Shown in pieces: positions 1 through 10,324 of a stretch of 64,000 nucleotides of DNA. The stretch is from Promethearchaeota archaeon (GTDB lineage Archaea > Asgardarchaeota > Lokiarchaeia > Sigyniarchaeales > SOKP01). Under the pieces are notes generated by a model. The model did not search any database, was not told the origin of the DNA, and saw only the letters and a list, made by a program, of their open reading frames with translations. The stretch lies in assembly GCA_029838195.1 (NCBI GenBank), contig JALGVJ010000006.1, positions 64,001 to 128,000 on the forward strand, read 5' to 3'. Both the position numbers and the translations under genes were made by a program. Numbering within the stretch: position 1 is the stretch's first letter; the number at the start of each line of letters is the position of its first letter.

Positions 1-488
1 ACTTTCAGATCGTGCTTCTCTGCGATTTCCATTAATCTATCCATTTCAACGGGATTTCCTCCTAAATGAACGGGAACAATTGCTTTAGTTTTTTCATTTA
101 TTAATGGTTCTACTTTATCCACATCCATTACGAGCGTTTCGGGATCGATATCTACAAAAATAGGAATGGCATTAGTAGCCACGACAGCGGAGGCAGAGGC
201 GACAAAAGTATAATCGGATACAATGACTTCATCTCCCAAGCCAATTCCTAAAGCCAACAAGGCACATTCAATTGCCACCGTTCCATTAAACACGGCAACA
301 CAGTTTTTAGCTTCTTGGTATTTAGCAAAAGCTTCTTGAAATTTCCAAACGTTTTCCCCTTTATGGACGGAAGGAGAGCCGCACCACCAATTTCCTGATT
401 TAATTACCTCAGCTAAGGCTTCAATTTCAGCCTCATCATAAATTGGCCAAGTAGGAAAATTTTTTTTTGCTTCTTGTTCAAACGCCAT
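1..488 (-). CDS. DegT/DnrJ/EryC1/StrS family PLP aminotransferase, 3'-truncated by the window edge
   Basis: Not in the ORF track. Manual translation from ATG at 488: MAFEQEAKKNFPTWPIYDEAEIEAL...VAVFNGTVAIECALLALGIGLGDEVIVSDYTFVASASAV...IPIFVDID...KTKAIVPVHLGG. Confidence 0.9.
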   Translation of the reverse strand, partial: MAFEQEAKKNFPTWPIYDEAEIEALAEVIKSGNWWCGSPSVHKGENVWKFQEAFAKYQEAKNCVAVFNGTVAIECALLALGIGLGDEVIVSDYTFVASASAVVATNAIPIFVDIDPETLVMDVDKVEPLINEKTKAIVPVHLGGNPVEMDRLMEIAEKHDLK

Positions 489-618
489 TTTGCACAACCC
501 CTTAAATTTTAATGAGAAATTTTTTGAGTTTTAATGAATATATTTAATTAAATTTGATAAAATTTTGTGTTATTTTAAAAATTACTAGGGTATCATCAAT
601 TCACGATAAAGGATCTTT

Positions 619-2361
619 ATGAAAGCTGTTACTCGAAGGGATCTTGCTAAATTCTTATTTAAGGTCTTAGAGGATTATTTAAAACCGGAATCAAGCGATT
701 TTACTTTGGATGCCATTGAGGCCATGATCGAGCTTCCTCCTCAAGAAATTAAGGCCACGTACGCATTTCCTTGTTACAAGCTGGCGAAAGTAAAGAAAAA
801 AAATCCTCAAAAAATTGCGGAAGAGATCAAGGAACAAATAAACATGCCTGATTTTTTGGAAAACGTGGAAGCACGAGGGGCATATTTAAATTTCACGGTG
901 AATAAGGAATCTGTATTAAAAAATATCATGGAAGCAAAAGAGAAATACGGCCTTCTAGGAAATAATTTGAACCAACAACTGCAAAAACCATTAAAAATTG
1001 TAATAGAATATCCCGCACCTAACACGAATAAGCCGTTGCATTTAGGACACGTGAGAAACATGTTGATAGGAAGTACTCTCGCAAATCTTCTAAGATATCT
1101 TGGTCATCAAGTTTTCGAAGTAAACCTATATAACGATAGGGGCGTCCATGTTTGCAAGAGCATGTTAGCTTATAAAAAATGTGGTAAAGGTGCCCAACCC
1201 GGCAAAATAAAAAGCGATCATTTCGTAGGGGATTTTTACGTGAAATATGCGGAATTGGAAAAAGAAAACAAGGATGTAGAGGAAGAATTGCGCAATTTAT
1301 TGAAAGCTTGGGAAGAAAATGATCCGGAAGCACGTGAATTGTGGAAAAAATTGAATAAATGGGCGTTGGATGGCTTTAAAGAAACGTTTGAAAAATTTGA
1401 AATTCATTTTGATAAAGAGTATCACGAGTCGGAATTTTATGAAAAAGGCAAGGAGCTCATATTAAAGGGATTAGAAAAAGGGATTTTTAAAAAAAGAGAA
1501 GATGGAGCAATCATTGCACCTCTAAAAGAAAAATATAATCTTCCCGATAAGGTATTATTACGAGCTGATGGAACCTCCATATATATCACGCAAGATATTT
1601 ATCTTGCTTATTTAAAAAAGAAGGATTTTAATCATGACAAATCGATATATGTCGTGGGAAATGAGCAAAACCTATATTTCAAGCAGCTCTTCACGATATT
1701 AGACCTATTAGGATTCAAGGAAGACAAGTATCATTTATCCTACGGAATGATCTATTTGCCAGAAGGAAAAATGAAAAGTAGGGAAGGAACCGTGGTAGAT
1801 GCGGATGATTTAGTGGAAGAAATGGAGAACCTTGCCATTAAAGAGATAGAAAAAAGATATCCCGCTTTACCGGAAAAAGAAAAGAAACATAGGGCATCCA
1901 TTATTGGAATGGCCGCCCTCCGATTTTTCATTTTAAAATTTAATCCGAGATCAGATTTTACCTTTGATCCTAACGAGAGCATTTCATTTGAAGGAGAAAC
2001 GGGTCCTTACATCCAATATTGTTATGCCCGGATCGAATCCATCATTAGAAAATCTAAGGAACCCATTTCCATGATCTCTAATCTGACATTATTAACTCAT
2101 GAAAAAGAGCGCTCCTTGATAAACAAGCTCAATTATTTTCCAGAAATCATCGAACGTGCGGCAAAATCCTATGAGCTGCATTTAATACCACAGTATCTTT
2201 TAAATTTATGTCAAGATTTTAATTCTTTCTATGCAGCTTGTCCGGTAATCTCGGAAGAGAAAGAATTAGAAAGGGCACGATTAGTATTGATACGCTGCAT
2301 TCAAATCGTTATTGAACTCGGATTAACCCTTTTGGGGATTAAGACCTTAAAAGAAATGTAA
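619..2361 (+). CDS. argS: Arginyl-tRNA synthetase
   Basis: PNTNKPLHLGHVRN HIGH-like motif, GKMKSREG, FEGETGPYIQYCYARI, C-terminal LGI...EM. Confidence 0.97.
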   Translation: MKAVTRRDLAKFLFKVLEDYLKPESSDFTLDAIEAMIELPPQEIKATYAFPCYKLAKVKKKNPQKIAEEIKEQINMPDFLENVEARGAYLNFTVNKESVLKNIMEAKEKYGLLGNNLNQQLQKPLKIVIEYPAPNTNKPLHLGHVRNMLIGSTLANLLRYLGHQVFEVNLYNDRGVHVCKSMLAYKKCGKGAQPGKIKSDHFVGDFYVKYAELEKENKDVEEELRNLLKAWEENDPEARELWKKLNKWALDGFKETFEKFEIHFDKEYHESEFYEKGKELILKGLEKGIFKKREDGAIIAPLKEKYNLPDKVLLRADGTSIYITQDIYLAYLKKKDFNHDKSIYVVGNEQNLYFKQLFTILDLLGFKEDKYHLSYGMIYLPEGKMKSREGTVVDADDLVEEMENLAIKEIEKRYPALPEKEKKHRASIIGMAALRFFILKFNPRSDFTFDPNESISFEGETGPYIQYCYARIESIIRKSKEPISMISNLTLLTHEKERSLINKLNYFPEIIERAAKSYELHLIPQYLLNLCQDFNSFYAACPVISEEKELERARLVLIRCIQIVIELGLTLLGIKTLKEM

Positions 2362-2383
2362 AAAACAATCGGGAAAAATAAAA

Positions 2384-3307
2384 ATGGAGATCATGACTTT
2401 TTTTGATGTAGGAGAAGTGATTGATGAGAAAACGGAATTCGTTTTATTTGGGATTCCTTGGGATTATTTAACTTCCGTGGATAATGCAAATTCGTCCATT
2501 GCTCCTACGCATCTCCGTAAAGTCTCCAGAAACCTCGCACTCACCACGGAATTAGGCATGGAAATACCAAATTTGAATTTAGTGGACGTGGGAGATGTCT
2601 CAATCTTACCCATGAAAGTAAAGAGGAATTTTACTTCTATTCAACATTATATTGAGGAGATTTATCAGCAAAAACGCGATGTAATTTTGGTCATGATGGG
2701 AGGAGATCATTTTTGCACGTATCCCGTTGTAAAAACGATTGGTGATAATTTTAAAGAGAAAGATAAATTTGGCGTGCTGATATTTGATGCTCATTTGGAT
2801 TTTTATGAGGAATGGGATAAAGGCGTTTATTCTCACGCTACAGTCTCTCATAGGATCTTTGATCTTGATTACATTTCTAATAAAAATCTGCTGATCGCAG
2901 GCACGAGAGATGTAGACATTCTCGAGTTAGAATTAGCTAAGCAAGAAGAAATCCGAGTTTTTCCAGCTCACGATATCAGCACCATGGGCCTTTCTACTTA
3001 TATTAATAATTTAATTCGATTTTTTCAAACGCACGAAATTTCACACTTGTATGTTTCAATTGACATTGACGTGTTGGATCCCTCGATAGCTCCTGGAACG
3101 GGTTTTGCGATTCCCGGAGGACTCACTTATAGGGAATTATGGCATGTAGTGAAAAAAATTGCCGAAAATTTTAACGTGATTGGTTTTGATGTCGTGGAAA
3201 CTTCACCAAACTTGGACTTGCCAAATAAAATAACATGCAATGTGGCCGCTAAAATCATCATAGAATTTATTAGTTTCATTAAAAATCGAAAAGCAGAGAA
3301 AAGATAA
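2384..3307 (+). CDS. speB: Agmatinase/ureohydrolase family protein
   Basis: GGDH, DAHLD, SHAT, SIDIDVLDP..APGTG motifs of the arginase/agmatinase family. Confidence 0.88.
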   Translation: MEIMTFFDVGEVIDEKTEFVLFGIPWDYLTSVDNANSSIAPTHLRKVSRNLALTTELGMEIPNLNLVDVGDVSILPMKVKRNFTSIQHYIEEIYQQKRDVILVMMGGDHFCTYPVVKTIGDNFKEKDKFGVLIFDAHLDFYEEWDKGVYSHATVSHRIFDLDYISNKNLLIAGTRDVDILELELAKQEEIRVFPAHDISTMGLSTYINNLIRFFQTHEISHLYVSIDIDVLDPSIAPGTGFAIPGGLTYRELWHVVKKIAENFNVIGFDVVETSPNLDLPNKITCNVAAKIIIEFISFIKNRKAEKR

Positions 3308-3311
3308 AAAA

Positions 3312-4259
3312 ATGAAAAAAAATGACTTTAAAAAATCCTTGAAGAAGGTTCATCAAATCAAGATTAATAAGGATTCCACTATACAGGATATAATCGAAGG
3401 ATTAAAAGATACGGGGTTTAATGCTAAAAGATTAGCGTTAGGATGTGAAATCTATGAAACCATGATCAAAGATGCTGATTGCGTAAAATTTTTCGGGCTT
3501 GCGGGCGCAATCGTTCCTTGTGGCCTTCAAGGAATAATCCATGATTTCGTGGAAGAAGGTTTCATTGATATTCTTGTCACTACCGGAGCTAATCTTACTC
3601 ACGATCTTGCTGAAACCTTGGGATATCACCACCTCCAAGGAGATATGAATGTGGAGGAGATTAATGATAGTAGACTACATGAAGAAGCGCTAAATAGAAT
3701 TTATGATGTTTTTTTGCCCAACCAAGCCTATGAAGGCATTGAAGATTTTATATCGAACTTGTCCATAAGAGAAGAGCAAATGACCGTGAGCTCTTTTTTG
3801 AAGCTCCTGGGAGAAAAATTACCGGAGAATGACAAGTCGATATTAAAAATATGTGCACGGCGCAATGTACCCATTTTTTGTCCAGCTTTCACGGATTCGG
3901 GCTTAGCCTTACAATTAGGATTTCATCATCCAAATGTTAATTTGAATCACATGAAAGACATGTTAACGATGGTAGATTTAGCGTGGGAAGCAAAAAAAGC
4001 GGGGATTTGTATCGTGGGAGGCGGAGTTCCTAAAAATTTCATCCTGCAATCCCTTCAATTTTCTCCAAATGCCGCACTCTATGCGATCCAGATTACCATG
4101 GACCGTCCCGAACCGGGGGGACTTAGTGGAGCCTCATTAAAAGAAGCCATTTCATGGGGCAAATTAAATGAAAAGGCGCTGTATTCTACAATCATTTCAG
4201 ATGCCAGTATTGCATTACCCCTAATGTTATGGTATTTAAAACAAGCTTTTAATAGATGA
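3312..4259 (+). CDS. dys: Deoxyhypusine synthase
   Basis: TGANLTHD, CPAFTDS, GGGVPKN, GGLSGASLKEAISWGK with the catalytic Lys. Confidence 0.93.
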   Translation: MKKNDFKKSLKKVHQIKINKDSTIQDIIEGLKDTGFNAKRLALGCEIYETMIKDADCVKFFGLAGAIVPCGLQGIIHDFVEEGFIDILVTTGANLTHDLAETLGYHHLQGDMNVEEINDSRLHEEALNRIYDVFLPNQAYEGIEDFISNLSIREEQMTVSSFLKLLGEKLPENDKSILKICARRNVPIFCPAFTDSGLALQLGFHHPNVNLNHMKDMLTMVDLAWEAKKAGICIVGGGVPKNFILQSLQFSPNAALYAIQITMDRPEPGGLSGASLKEAISWGKLNEKALYSTIISDASIALPLMLWYLKQAFNR

Positions 4260-4301
4260 TTTTTAATTAATTACTCATGTTTGACAAAACCGAGGTATGT
4301 A

Positions 4302-4766
4302 TTATAAGAAGACGCCTTTTACTTTTTGGTCGATGGTATATACATCCAAACCGAACGTCTTATCCAGGATCTCTTTAAAAGATTGTAATTGTGAAATCTC
4401 ACTAAGATTTTTCCCGTGAAATTGCTTTTTGAACTGCTTCAAGAGGTCTTTTAATACGGGATGGATGATTTTTTGAATCGTTTTATCAATATTTTTCTCT
4501 TGATCTAAAATAGCATAGGCTAGTAAATTTTCAGGTCCCCGTACTTTTTCTGAAATAAAAGTATCTTGGGCAAAAGCAATGACAAATTTTTTTCCTTCCA
4601 AGTATTCCACGTCATTTTGTTCAAACGTGGTTTTCGCAAATTGGATTAATGCGCTTAAAAGCCCACTTCTTAAATCTTTATCAATTTTTCCGTGCCCTGT
4701 TTGATGATATTGAGAAAATAAGATGGTAAAACCTCTAAAAATTAATCCAGCTTCTCGAACAACCAT
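4302..4766 (-). CDS. Longin-like domain protein (Asgard type)
   Basis: Beta-beta then helix DKDLRSGLLSALIQFAKTTF, then beta strands; size and pattern typical of Asgard longin-like proteins. Confidence 0.6.
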   Translation of the reverse strand: MVVREAGLIFRGFTILFSQYHQTGHGKIDKDLRSGLLSALIQFAKTTFEQNDVEYLEGKKFVIAFAQDTFISEKVRGPENLLAYAILDQEKNIDKTIQKIIHPVLKDLLKQFKKQFHGKNLSEISQLQSFKEILDKTFGLDVYTIDQKVKGVFL

Positions 4767-4862
4767 CGAACCACCCTTATCCTCGTTCTCACGCGAAAAA
4801 ATTTTTTTTATTCATGACAACTAAGTGATTATTAGATAAAAGTTCATGGTATTAAATTTAAC

Positions 4863-6326
4863 TTATAACTCCCTCAACCACTTATCATAAAACTTTTTCC
4901 AAATGATTAAACTCCATTTCGGAAGCTTGGGGAATAATGTTAAAAGGGGAGCATAAGAATCCTTGTAATTGCTGATTAATTCCTTTTTCGAATAATTCTT
5001 GGAAGGTTTTTCGGGAACGGAATTCTTTAACGGATTTGATTTTATTTTCCACCATTCCCTAATGAATTTGGTTCCAAACTTCTGTTCATAATATGCCATG
5101 TTTTGATACACGTGGACGTTCGGGTAATTAGAAAATAACGTGGGAGATAATTGGATGTTTTCATGGAGCGCGTGTTGTTCTACAAAATTCAAAGTTTTTT
5201 TAAAAGTGTCTCGATTTTCTCCCGGAAATCCGCATAAAAGATTCAAACGGCAATGAATACCACTTTCATCTTTATATTCCTTTAGGATTTTTTCCATCAT
5301 TCGAATGTATTCACGAGGGTGTTCCGTTTTATGCATTTCCTTTAATAATGCCTCATGGGCGGATTCAAAACCAAAACCAATGATCATGTTGCATTTTCGA
5401 AACTTTTTTAAAAGGGATAGATTTTTGCCAATAGTTTCTACCCTACACTGACACGAAAAGAAAAAGCGGTCTTGAAGCTCATTTTGAAGTATATAATCCA
5501 ATATTTTATCTCTAATAGCAATTTTATCAAAACTCTGATCAGAAAAGGCAATTTTTAAGAGTTTAGGATTATATTCTTCCACGATACCATGTAGATTTTG
5601 GAAATATTCTTTAAATTTCTTAAAAAAATAACTCCTGAACTCATAATTCTCAGCACAAAACGCGCATTGAAAGGGACAGCCCCGAGAGTAAAAAAGATCA
5701 AATTTAAATTTATTTTTATAAGGATATCTGGTCAAATAAAGTTCAAGATCAGGAAACGGCAAGGTGTTAACATCAATGAGCTCGCGGGATGTTATTATCG
5801 TGGTATTTTTTTCCCTCGGTAAGGATAAATCTTTATTTAATAACCTGTTTAAAATGCGTTCCATAGGAAGTTCTGCCTCTCCTTGAATTACGTGGTCAAA
5901 GGGAGAATTTTCATTTGCGAAATCTTCGGGTACCGCACTTGGATGATATCCGCCGACTACCATGATAACATTGGGAAAATGTTTTTTAATAATTTCTCCG
6001 ATTAACCCGGTTTGGAGATATTGAAAACTCGTATAACAATTCACGCCAATGACATCTTGCTCTTGCACGTTATTGTTTTCCATGATTCTTAAAAAAGTCC
6101 GTTCGAATTCTTGAGGAGAAATATCGTTTCCCGACAGTTTTTCCTCTTTTTCACTTTCTACCCGCAAATCAATTATGTCTGTCTTAAAAGGGCCTCGTTG
6201 TTTTAAGTAAGAAGATATCTGAAGCGTACCTAAAGGAATATCATTATGATATAATTTACGTTGGTATTCTTCAATATAAAAGAAACCCGGGATTAAGAAT
6301 AAAATATTGAGTTTATTCTTTAACAT
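4863..6326 (-). CDS. B12-binding (class B) radical SAM protein
   Basis: N-terminal cobalamin-binding region (PLG...IIDLR, VVGGYHPS, GEAE), SRGCPFQCAFC, GFESA, GFPGE. Confidence 0.9.
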   Translation of the reverse strand: MLKNKLNILFLIPGFFYIEEYQRKLYHNDIPLGTLQISSYLKQRGPFKTDIIDLRVESEKEEKLSGNDISPQEFERTFLRIMENNNVQEQDVIGVNCYTSFQYLQTGLIGEIIKKHFPNVIMVVGGYHPSAVPEDFANENSPFDHVIQGEAELPMERILNRLLNKDLSLPREKNTTIITSRELIDVNTLPFPDLELYLTRYPYKNKFKFDLFYSRGCPFQCAFCAENYEFRSYFFKKFKEYFQNLHGIVEEYNPKLLKIAFSDQSFDKIAIRDKILDYILQNELQDRFFFSCQCRVETIGKNLSLLKKFRKCNMIIGFGFESAHEALLKEMHKTEHPREYIRMMEKILKEYKDESGIHCRLNLLCGFPGENRDTFKKTLNFVEQHALHENIQLSPTLFSNYPNVHVYQNMAYYEQKFGTKFIREWWKIKSNPLKNSVPEKPSKNYSKKELISNYKDSYAPLLTLFPKLPKWSLIIWKKFYDKWLREL

Positions 6327-6523
6327 GAGCCATCAATTAATTTTTATATTAAAAGAATATAAAAAACACGCTATTTTATTTAATTCAAACTGAAAGAACT
6401 ATTCTTTTTTATTCTTCATCTGGTCAAGTTTCATCGCACGCTTTTAAGTGGTTGGCTGTTAAATTAAAAATATTTCATGAAAAAATAGAAAAAAACGATT
6501 ATTTTAACATCAATCTTCACGCT

Positions 6524-7015
6524 TTATAACCTAAAATCATTTTTAATGAAAAAATCTAACTTGTTCACTATTTCTCCGAGTACTTTTTCTTTAAACTCGA
6601 TTCTATTGGCCTTAAAATAGTGTTTTTCCACTATTGTCATTTCTTTAGCGGAAAACCCGATAAATACCAAGCCCACGGGCTTCTCGGGAGTACCTCCTGT
6701 AGGACCTGCGATGCCCGTGATGCCAATTCCTAAATCGACATTTGATAATTCCCGAATGTTCCTTGCTAACTCAAAAGCTATCGGTTCGGAGACTGCGCCA
6801 TGTTCTTGAATGTATTGGGGATTGACGCTTAATATTTCTATTTTTGCCTCATTACTATAACATATCACGCCTCTATCAAATACTTTAGACGCACCTGAAA
6901 TATTGGTTATCATGTGGCAAACATAACCCCCAGTACAAGATTCCGCCACGGCAATGGTGTATCCTCGAAGCGTGAATGCATGTAAAATTTCCTTTAATTT
7001 TTTTAAAGTGTTCAT
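6524..7015 (-). CDS. cinA: CinA C-terminal domain / NMN deamidase (PncC family)
   Basis: AVAESCTGG, GAVSE, GITGIAGPTGGTPEKPVGLVFIG. Confidence 0.93.
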   Translation of the reverse strand: MNTLKKLKEILHAFTLRGYTIAVAESCTGGYVCHMITNISGASKVFDRGVICYSNEAKIEILSVNPQYIQEHGAVSEPIAFELARNIRELSNVDLGIGITGIAGPTGGTPEKPVGLVFIGFSAKEMTIVEKHYFKANRIEFKEKVLGEIVNKLDFFIKNDFRL

Positions 7016-7223
7016 GTTCGATTTATCAAAAGGAATCCTTACTTATTATGGATCTAATTTTTTAATAATTAAATTTTCAATCCATAAGAAATCGCATGTC
7101 ATTTCATGCGTTGAATGGAAGCGAAATATCCATCTAAGAATCTCTCGCCCAGAACCCCAAGGCTCACTGAAATTAAAAAAAAAACAAGTAAACAAAAAAG
7201 AAAGTAAAAAAAAAGGGATTTAA

Positions 7224-8366
7224 TTAAATGAGATTTTTCTCTTCAAGTGTCGCCCGTGCTCGTTCCATTTTACGAGTACTAAAACCAATAATTTTCGCAA
7301 GCATTTCCGACTTTTTGATGGAAGTGTTTAAATCATACTTCTCTTGGAGGTATCCCTCCCGCAAGGCATTATTATATACCTCATCTCCCATTTCCGTTCG
7401 AATGAGAACGGTCGTGTAGCCATCTTTAGACCCCAACCCACCAAAAGAAAAATCCGCATAGATGTTAGAAAAATCAGAACACGCAAAACATGCTGGTCGG
7501 ATGAAATCATTTATAGCATTAAAATCCACGTGTAAGGTCTGATTATCTTTTAACTCCAACATGATATCTTCCTTGATGTTCATGTTCTCCACATCATCGA
7601 AAGAAAATTCATATTTTTCTTCCATCCTTTCCCGACCACTCGTGTGAAAGGAAAAATTCGCATTGCAAAATAAACCAAACGCGTATTTTACCACGTGAGC
7701 GGGAAGAATGCTAAGCTCTTGCATTTTTCTTATGGAATGAATTTGACACGGCGTTCCCACCACCGCAATCCTCATCATGTCGGAATGGGGAATGGTTTTC
7801 AATTTCGTTATGGTCGGAATGAAGGTATTATAATCTTCTAATTTCACCACGTGATTCGATATATCAAAATGAGAGCCCGCCGCTTCTAAAAACTCTTCCC
7901 TTGTTGTTGCGAAATAGGGAATTCTATTAAAAGGACCCACCCTCTTGCTGACAATGGCGCCATTAATCAGATTATGATCTAATAAATATAATAAAAGCGC
8001 CGTGACCACGCCTCCATCCGTCGCTCGAACTCGTATTTCCTCCATCGCCGCTTGGCTGGAAATGATTTTCTTCCAATTGCCAATGGGAGGCTTGTACTTG
8101 TATCTTTCATTTAATTCATCATTCAAGATATGGGTTTGTGGGCAAACAAGATAACAGATTCCACAATGCAGGCAATTATCTTTGTTCAAATAGCGCGGGG
8201 GGCCATCTTCGGACATTTGGATGGCTTTAATTTCAGAAGCTGAGCAGAAGCTCACGCATCCGCCACATTGGCCGCATAACCCTTTTTCATGCACGTCTCT
8301 AATGAGATCTTCAAATGATTTTGGCTTAATTTCACCAGGCAAGATTCTTTCTAAATTTTCATTCAT
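7224..8366 (-). CDS. FrhB/FdhB-type F420-binding subunit with N-terminal ferredoxin
   Basis: CGQCGGC and CLHCGICYLVCP clusters, DGGVVTALL, VVGTPCQI, GLFC, CFACSDF...DFSFGGLG. Confidence 0.88.
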   Translation of the reverse strand: MNENLERILPGEIKPKSFEDLIRDVHEKGLCGQCGGCVSFCSASEIKAIQMSEDGPPRYLNKDNCLHCGICYLVCPQTHILNDELNERYKYKPPIGNWKKIISSQAAMEEIRVRATDGGVVTALLLYLLDHNLINGAIVSKRVGPFNRIPYFATTREEFLEAAGSHFDISNHVVKLEDYNTFIPTITKLKTIPHSDMMRIAVVGTPCQIHSIRKMQELSILPAHVVKYAFGLFCNANFSFHTSGRERMEEKYEFSFDDVENMNIKEDIMLELKDNQTLHVDFNAINDFIRPACFACSDFSNIYADFSFGGLGSKDGYTTVLIRTEMGDEVYNNALREGYLQEKYDLNTSIKKSEMLAKIIGFSTRKMERARATLEEKNLI

Positions 8367-8392
8367 GTATTTCCCACCTCGTACGCTTTAAT

Positions 8393-9235
8393 TTAATATT
8401 CATTAGGTAATTTTTTTAATTCGGCTAATGAAAAAACCGGCCCATCTATGCAGACGTATTTATTCCCGATATTGCACCGACCACATTTTCCCACTCCGCA
8501 TTTCATGCGCATTTCCAGAGAATTTAAGATCTGATCATCCTTGAATTCAAGCTCCTCGAGGACCGCAATAGTGGTTTTAATCATGATGGGAGGACCGCAT
8601 ACGAGGGCAACAGCATTCTTAGGAGAAGGAGCCACTTCCTTGACCACGGGGGCAACGAATCCTACTTTTTTAGTCCAGCCCTCCTCGGGCTGGTCAATTG
8701 TTAAGACCAATTCGATATCATCTCGTTTTTCCCATTGCTTTAAATCCTCTTTATACAATACTTCACCGGAATTTCGATTCCCATAAATTACCATGAGTTT
8801 TCCATAATTTGCCCTGTTTATCTCATCCAAAATATAGGTAACGAGAGAACGGAGCGTGGAAAAAGCAAAACCCCCGCCAATGATCACAATGTTTTTTCCT
8901 TTCATTTCTTCCACGGGCCAGCCATTTCCTAAGGGTCCTCGCACGCCGATAATGGCCCCTACATCAGAAGCATGAAACGCTTGCGTGACTTCGCCCATCC
9001 TTTTTATGGTAAACTTGATGGAGCCTTTTTCTGTCGGAGATGAAGCAATCCCGATTGGACATTCGCCCTTTCCAAAAATGCTTAATTCGGCAAATTGACC
9101 GGGGATGTAATCAAATTCTTCTAAATCTTTCTCATTTTTGAAGGCTAATTCAAACGTCTTGATATCATTTACTTCATTTTCTTGCGTAATGGATATTATT
9201 CTCGTTAATTTTGGAATGTATATGCTACTCTGCAA
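8393..9235 (-). CDS. flxA: FlxA-like FAD/NAD(P)-binding 2Fe-2S oxidoreductase subunit (AsrB/HydG family)
   Basis: PGQF, RGPLGNG, GGGFAFSTLRS, CGPPIM, MKCGVGKCGRC. Start moved from 9337 to the TTG at 9235, which follows a GGAGGT SD and avoids a long overlap with the upstream gene. Confidence 0.85.
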   Translation of the reverse strand: MQSSIYIPKLTRIISITQENEVNDIKTFELAFKNEKDLEEFDYIPGQFAELSIFGKGECPIGIASSPTEKGSIKFTIKRMGEVTQAFHASDVGAIIGVRGPLGNGWPVEEMKGKNIVIIGGGFAFSTLRSLVTYILDEINRANYGKLMVIYGNRNSGEVLYKEDLKQWEKRDDIELVLTIDQPEEGWTKKVGFVAPVVKEVAPSPKNAVALVCGPPIMIKTTIAVLEELEFKDDQILNSLEMRMKCGVGKCGRCNIGNKYVCIDGPVFSLAELKKLPNEY

Positions 9236-10295
9236 TGTAAACCTCCTCCTTTTCTTTTTTTTCTTCAATTTCTGTAAATCTTTTGATGATCTCTCTAATA
9301 TCATTATTAACAGGACAATATTCAATGCATCTGCCACATCCCACGCAACCTAACAGGTCATAATTATTGGGATAATAGCAATATTTATGTAATATCCGGT
9401 TTCGGCATCGCTCAACCTTAGTAGGGCGGGGATTATGACCACTGGTGTGCTGCGTGTATAACTTGAACTGGCACGTATCCCATATCCTTATACGCCTTCC
9501 TCGTTTATTATATTGATCATTTTCATCCAAGACGTCAAAACAATGACACGTGGGACATAAAAATACACAAGACCCACAACTCAAGCATGTATCACTTATT
9601 TCCTTCCAAATCGGATGATCAAAATTGCTGTTTAATATGTCCGGAAGCTTTCCGACATTAACGAGAGGTTTCATGGCTAATTCTGCTTGATTTGATAATT
9701 CCAATGCTTTTTCAAGGTCCTCTTCTTTAGCATGCCCTAATCCCTTGATGTTTCCGAGCACTTCATTTCCTTTTTCCGTGATGCCTTCTACCAGGTATTT
9801 TTTACCTAAATCCACGAGAAAGATATCAACATCTTCTTTATTAAAAGGATGCCCCTGTAAAGAAGTGCAAAAACACGTGCTTCTTGGATGAGTACAAGCC
9901 ATCCCCATGAGAATGGTATTATCCCATTTCTTTAGAAAAAGCTCATCCTTGAATTCCCCGAATCCAAAAAACATGCGCATTAACTGAAATGAATGCGCAT
10001 CACACGGACGTATCCCAAATATGAGTGTTTTTTTCCTTTCTAATTTGGGAGGAATGATTTCAATATCATCATCGCCTACCTGCTTGAATTCAAATAATAT
10101 CTCGACTTTTGGAAAAAGCACTTCTTTAGGGGGAACTTTTGAATTAAAATACTCTAACGCAATTTCCTCTGAGGACGTTATCTCTTTAAACAAAATATTT
10201 CCCTCTACATTTACCGGTGCGAAAATGGTATATTCCTCTTTTAAGGACTCAATCATCTTGCCAATGTTTTCTTTCAACATTATTTTTTCTTTCAT
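9225..10295 (-). CDS. flxB: FlxB-like 4Fe-4S subunit (AsrA/HydB family)
   Basis: GIRPCD, CFCT, CLSCGSCVFLCPTCHCF, WDTC, CVGCGRCIEYCP. Confidence 0.85.
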   Translation of the reverse strand: MKEKIMLKENIGKMIESLKEEYTIFAPVNVEGNILFKEITSSEEIALEYFNSKVPPKEVLFPKVEILFEFKQVGDDDIEIIPPKLERKKTLIFGIRPCDAHSFQLMRMFFGFGEFKDELFLKKWDNTILMGMACTHPRSTCFCTSLQGHPFNKEDVDIFLVDLGKKYLVEGITEKGNEVLGNIKGLGHAKEEDLEKALELSNQAELAMKPLVNVGKLPDILNSNFDHPIWKEISDTCLSCGSCVFLCPTCHCFDVLDENDQYNKRGRRIRIWDTCQFKLYTQHTSGHNPRPTKVERCRNRILHKYCYYPNNYDLLGCVGCGRCIEYCPVNNDIREIIKRFTEIEEKKEKEEVYIAE

Positions 10296-10324
10296 TTTTC
10301 TAACCCCTCATTTTTTTATTTTTT

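Noticed and set aside
9236-9337. N-terminal 34 aa of the 314-aa ORF (poly-Lys/Arg)
   Set aside because: Overlaps the upstream gene in another frame; the SD-supported TTG at 9235 is the likely start.
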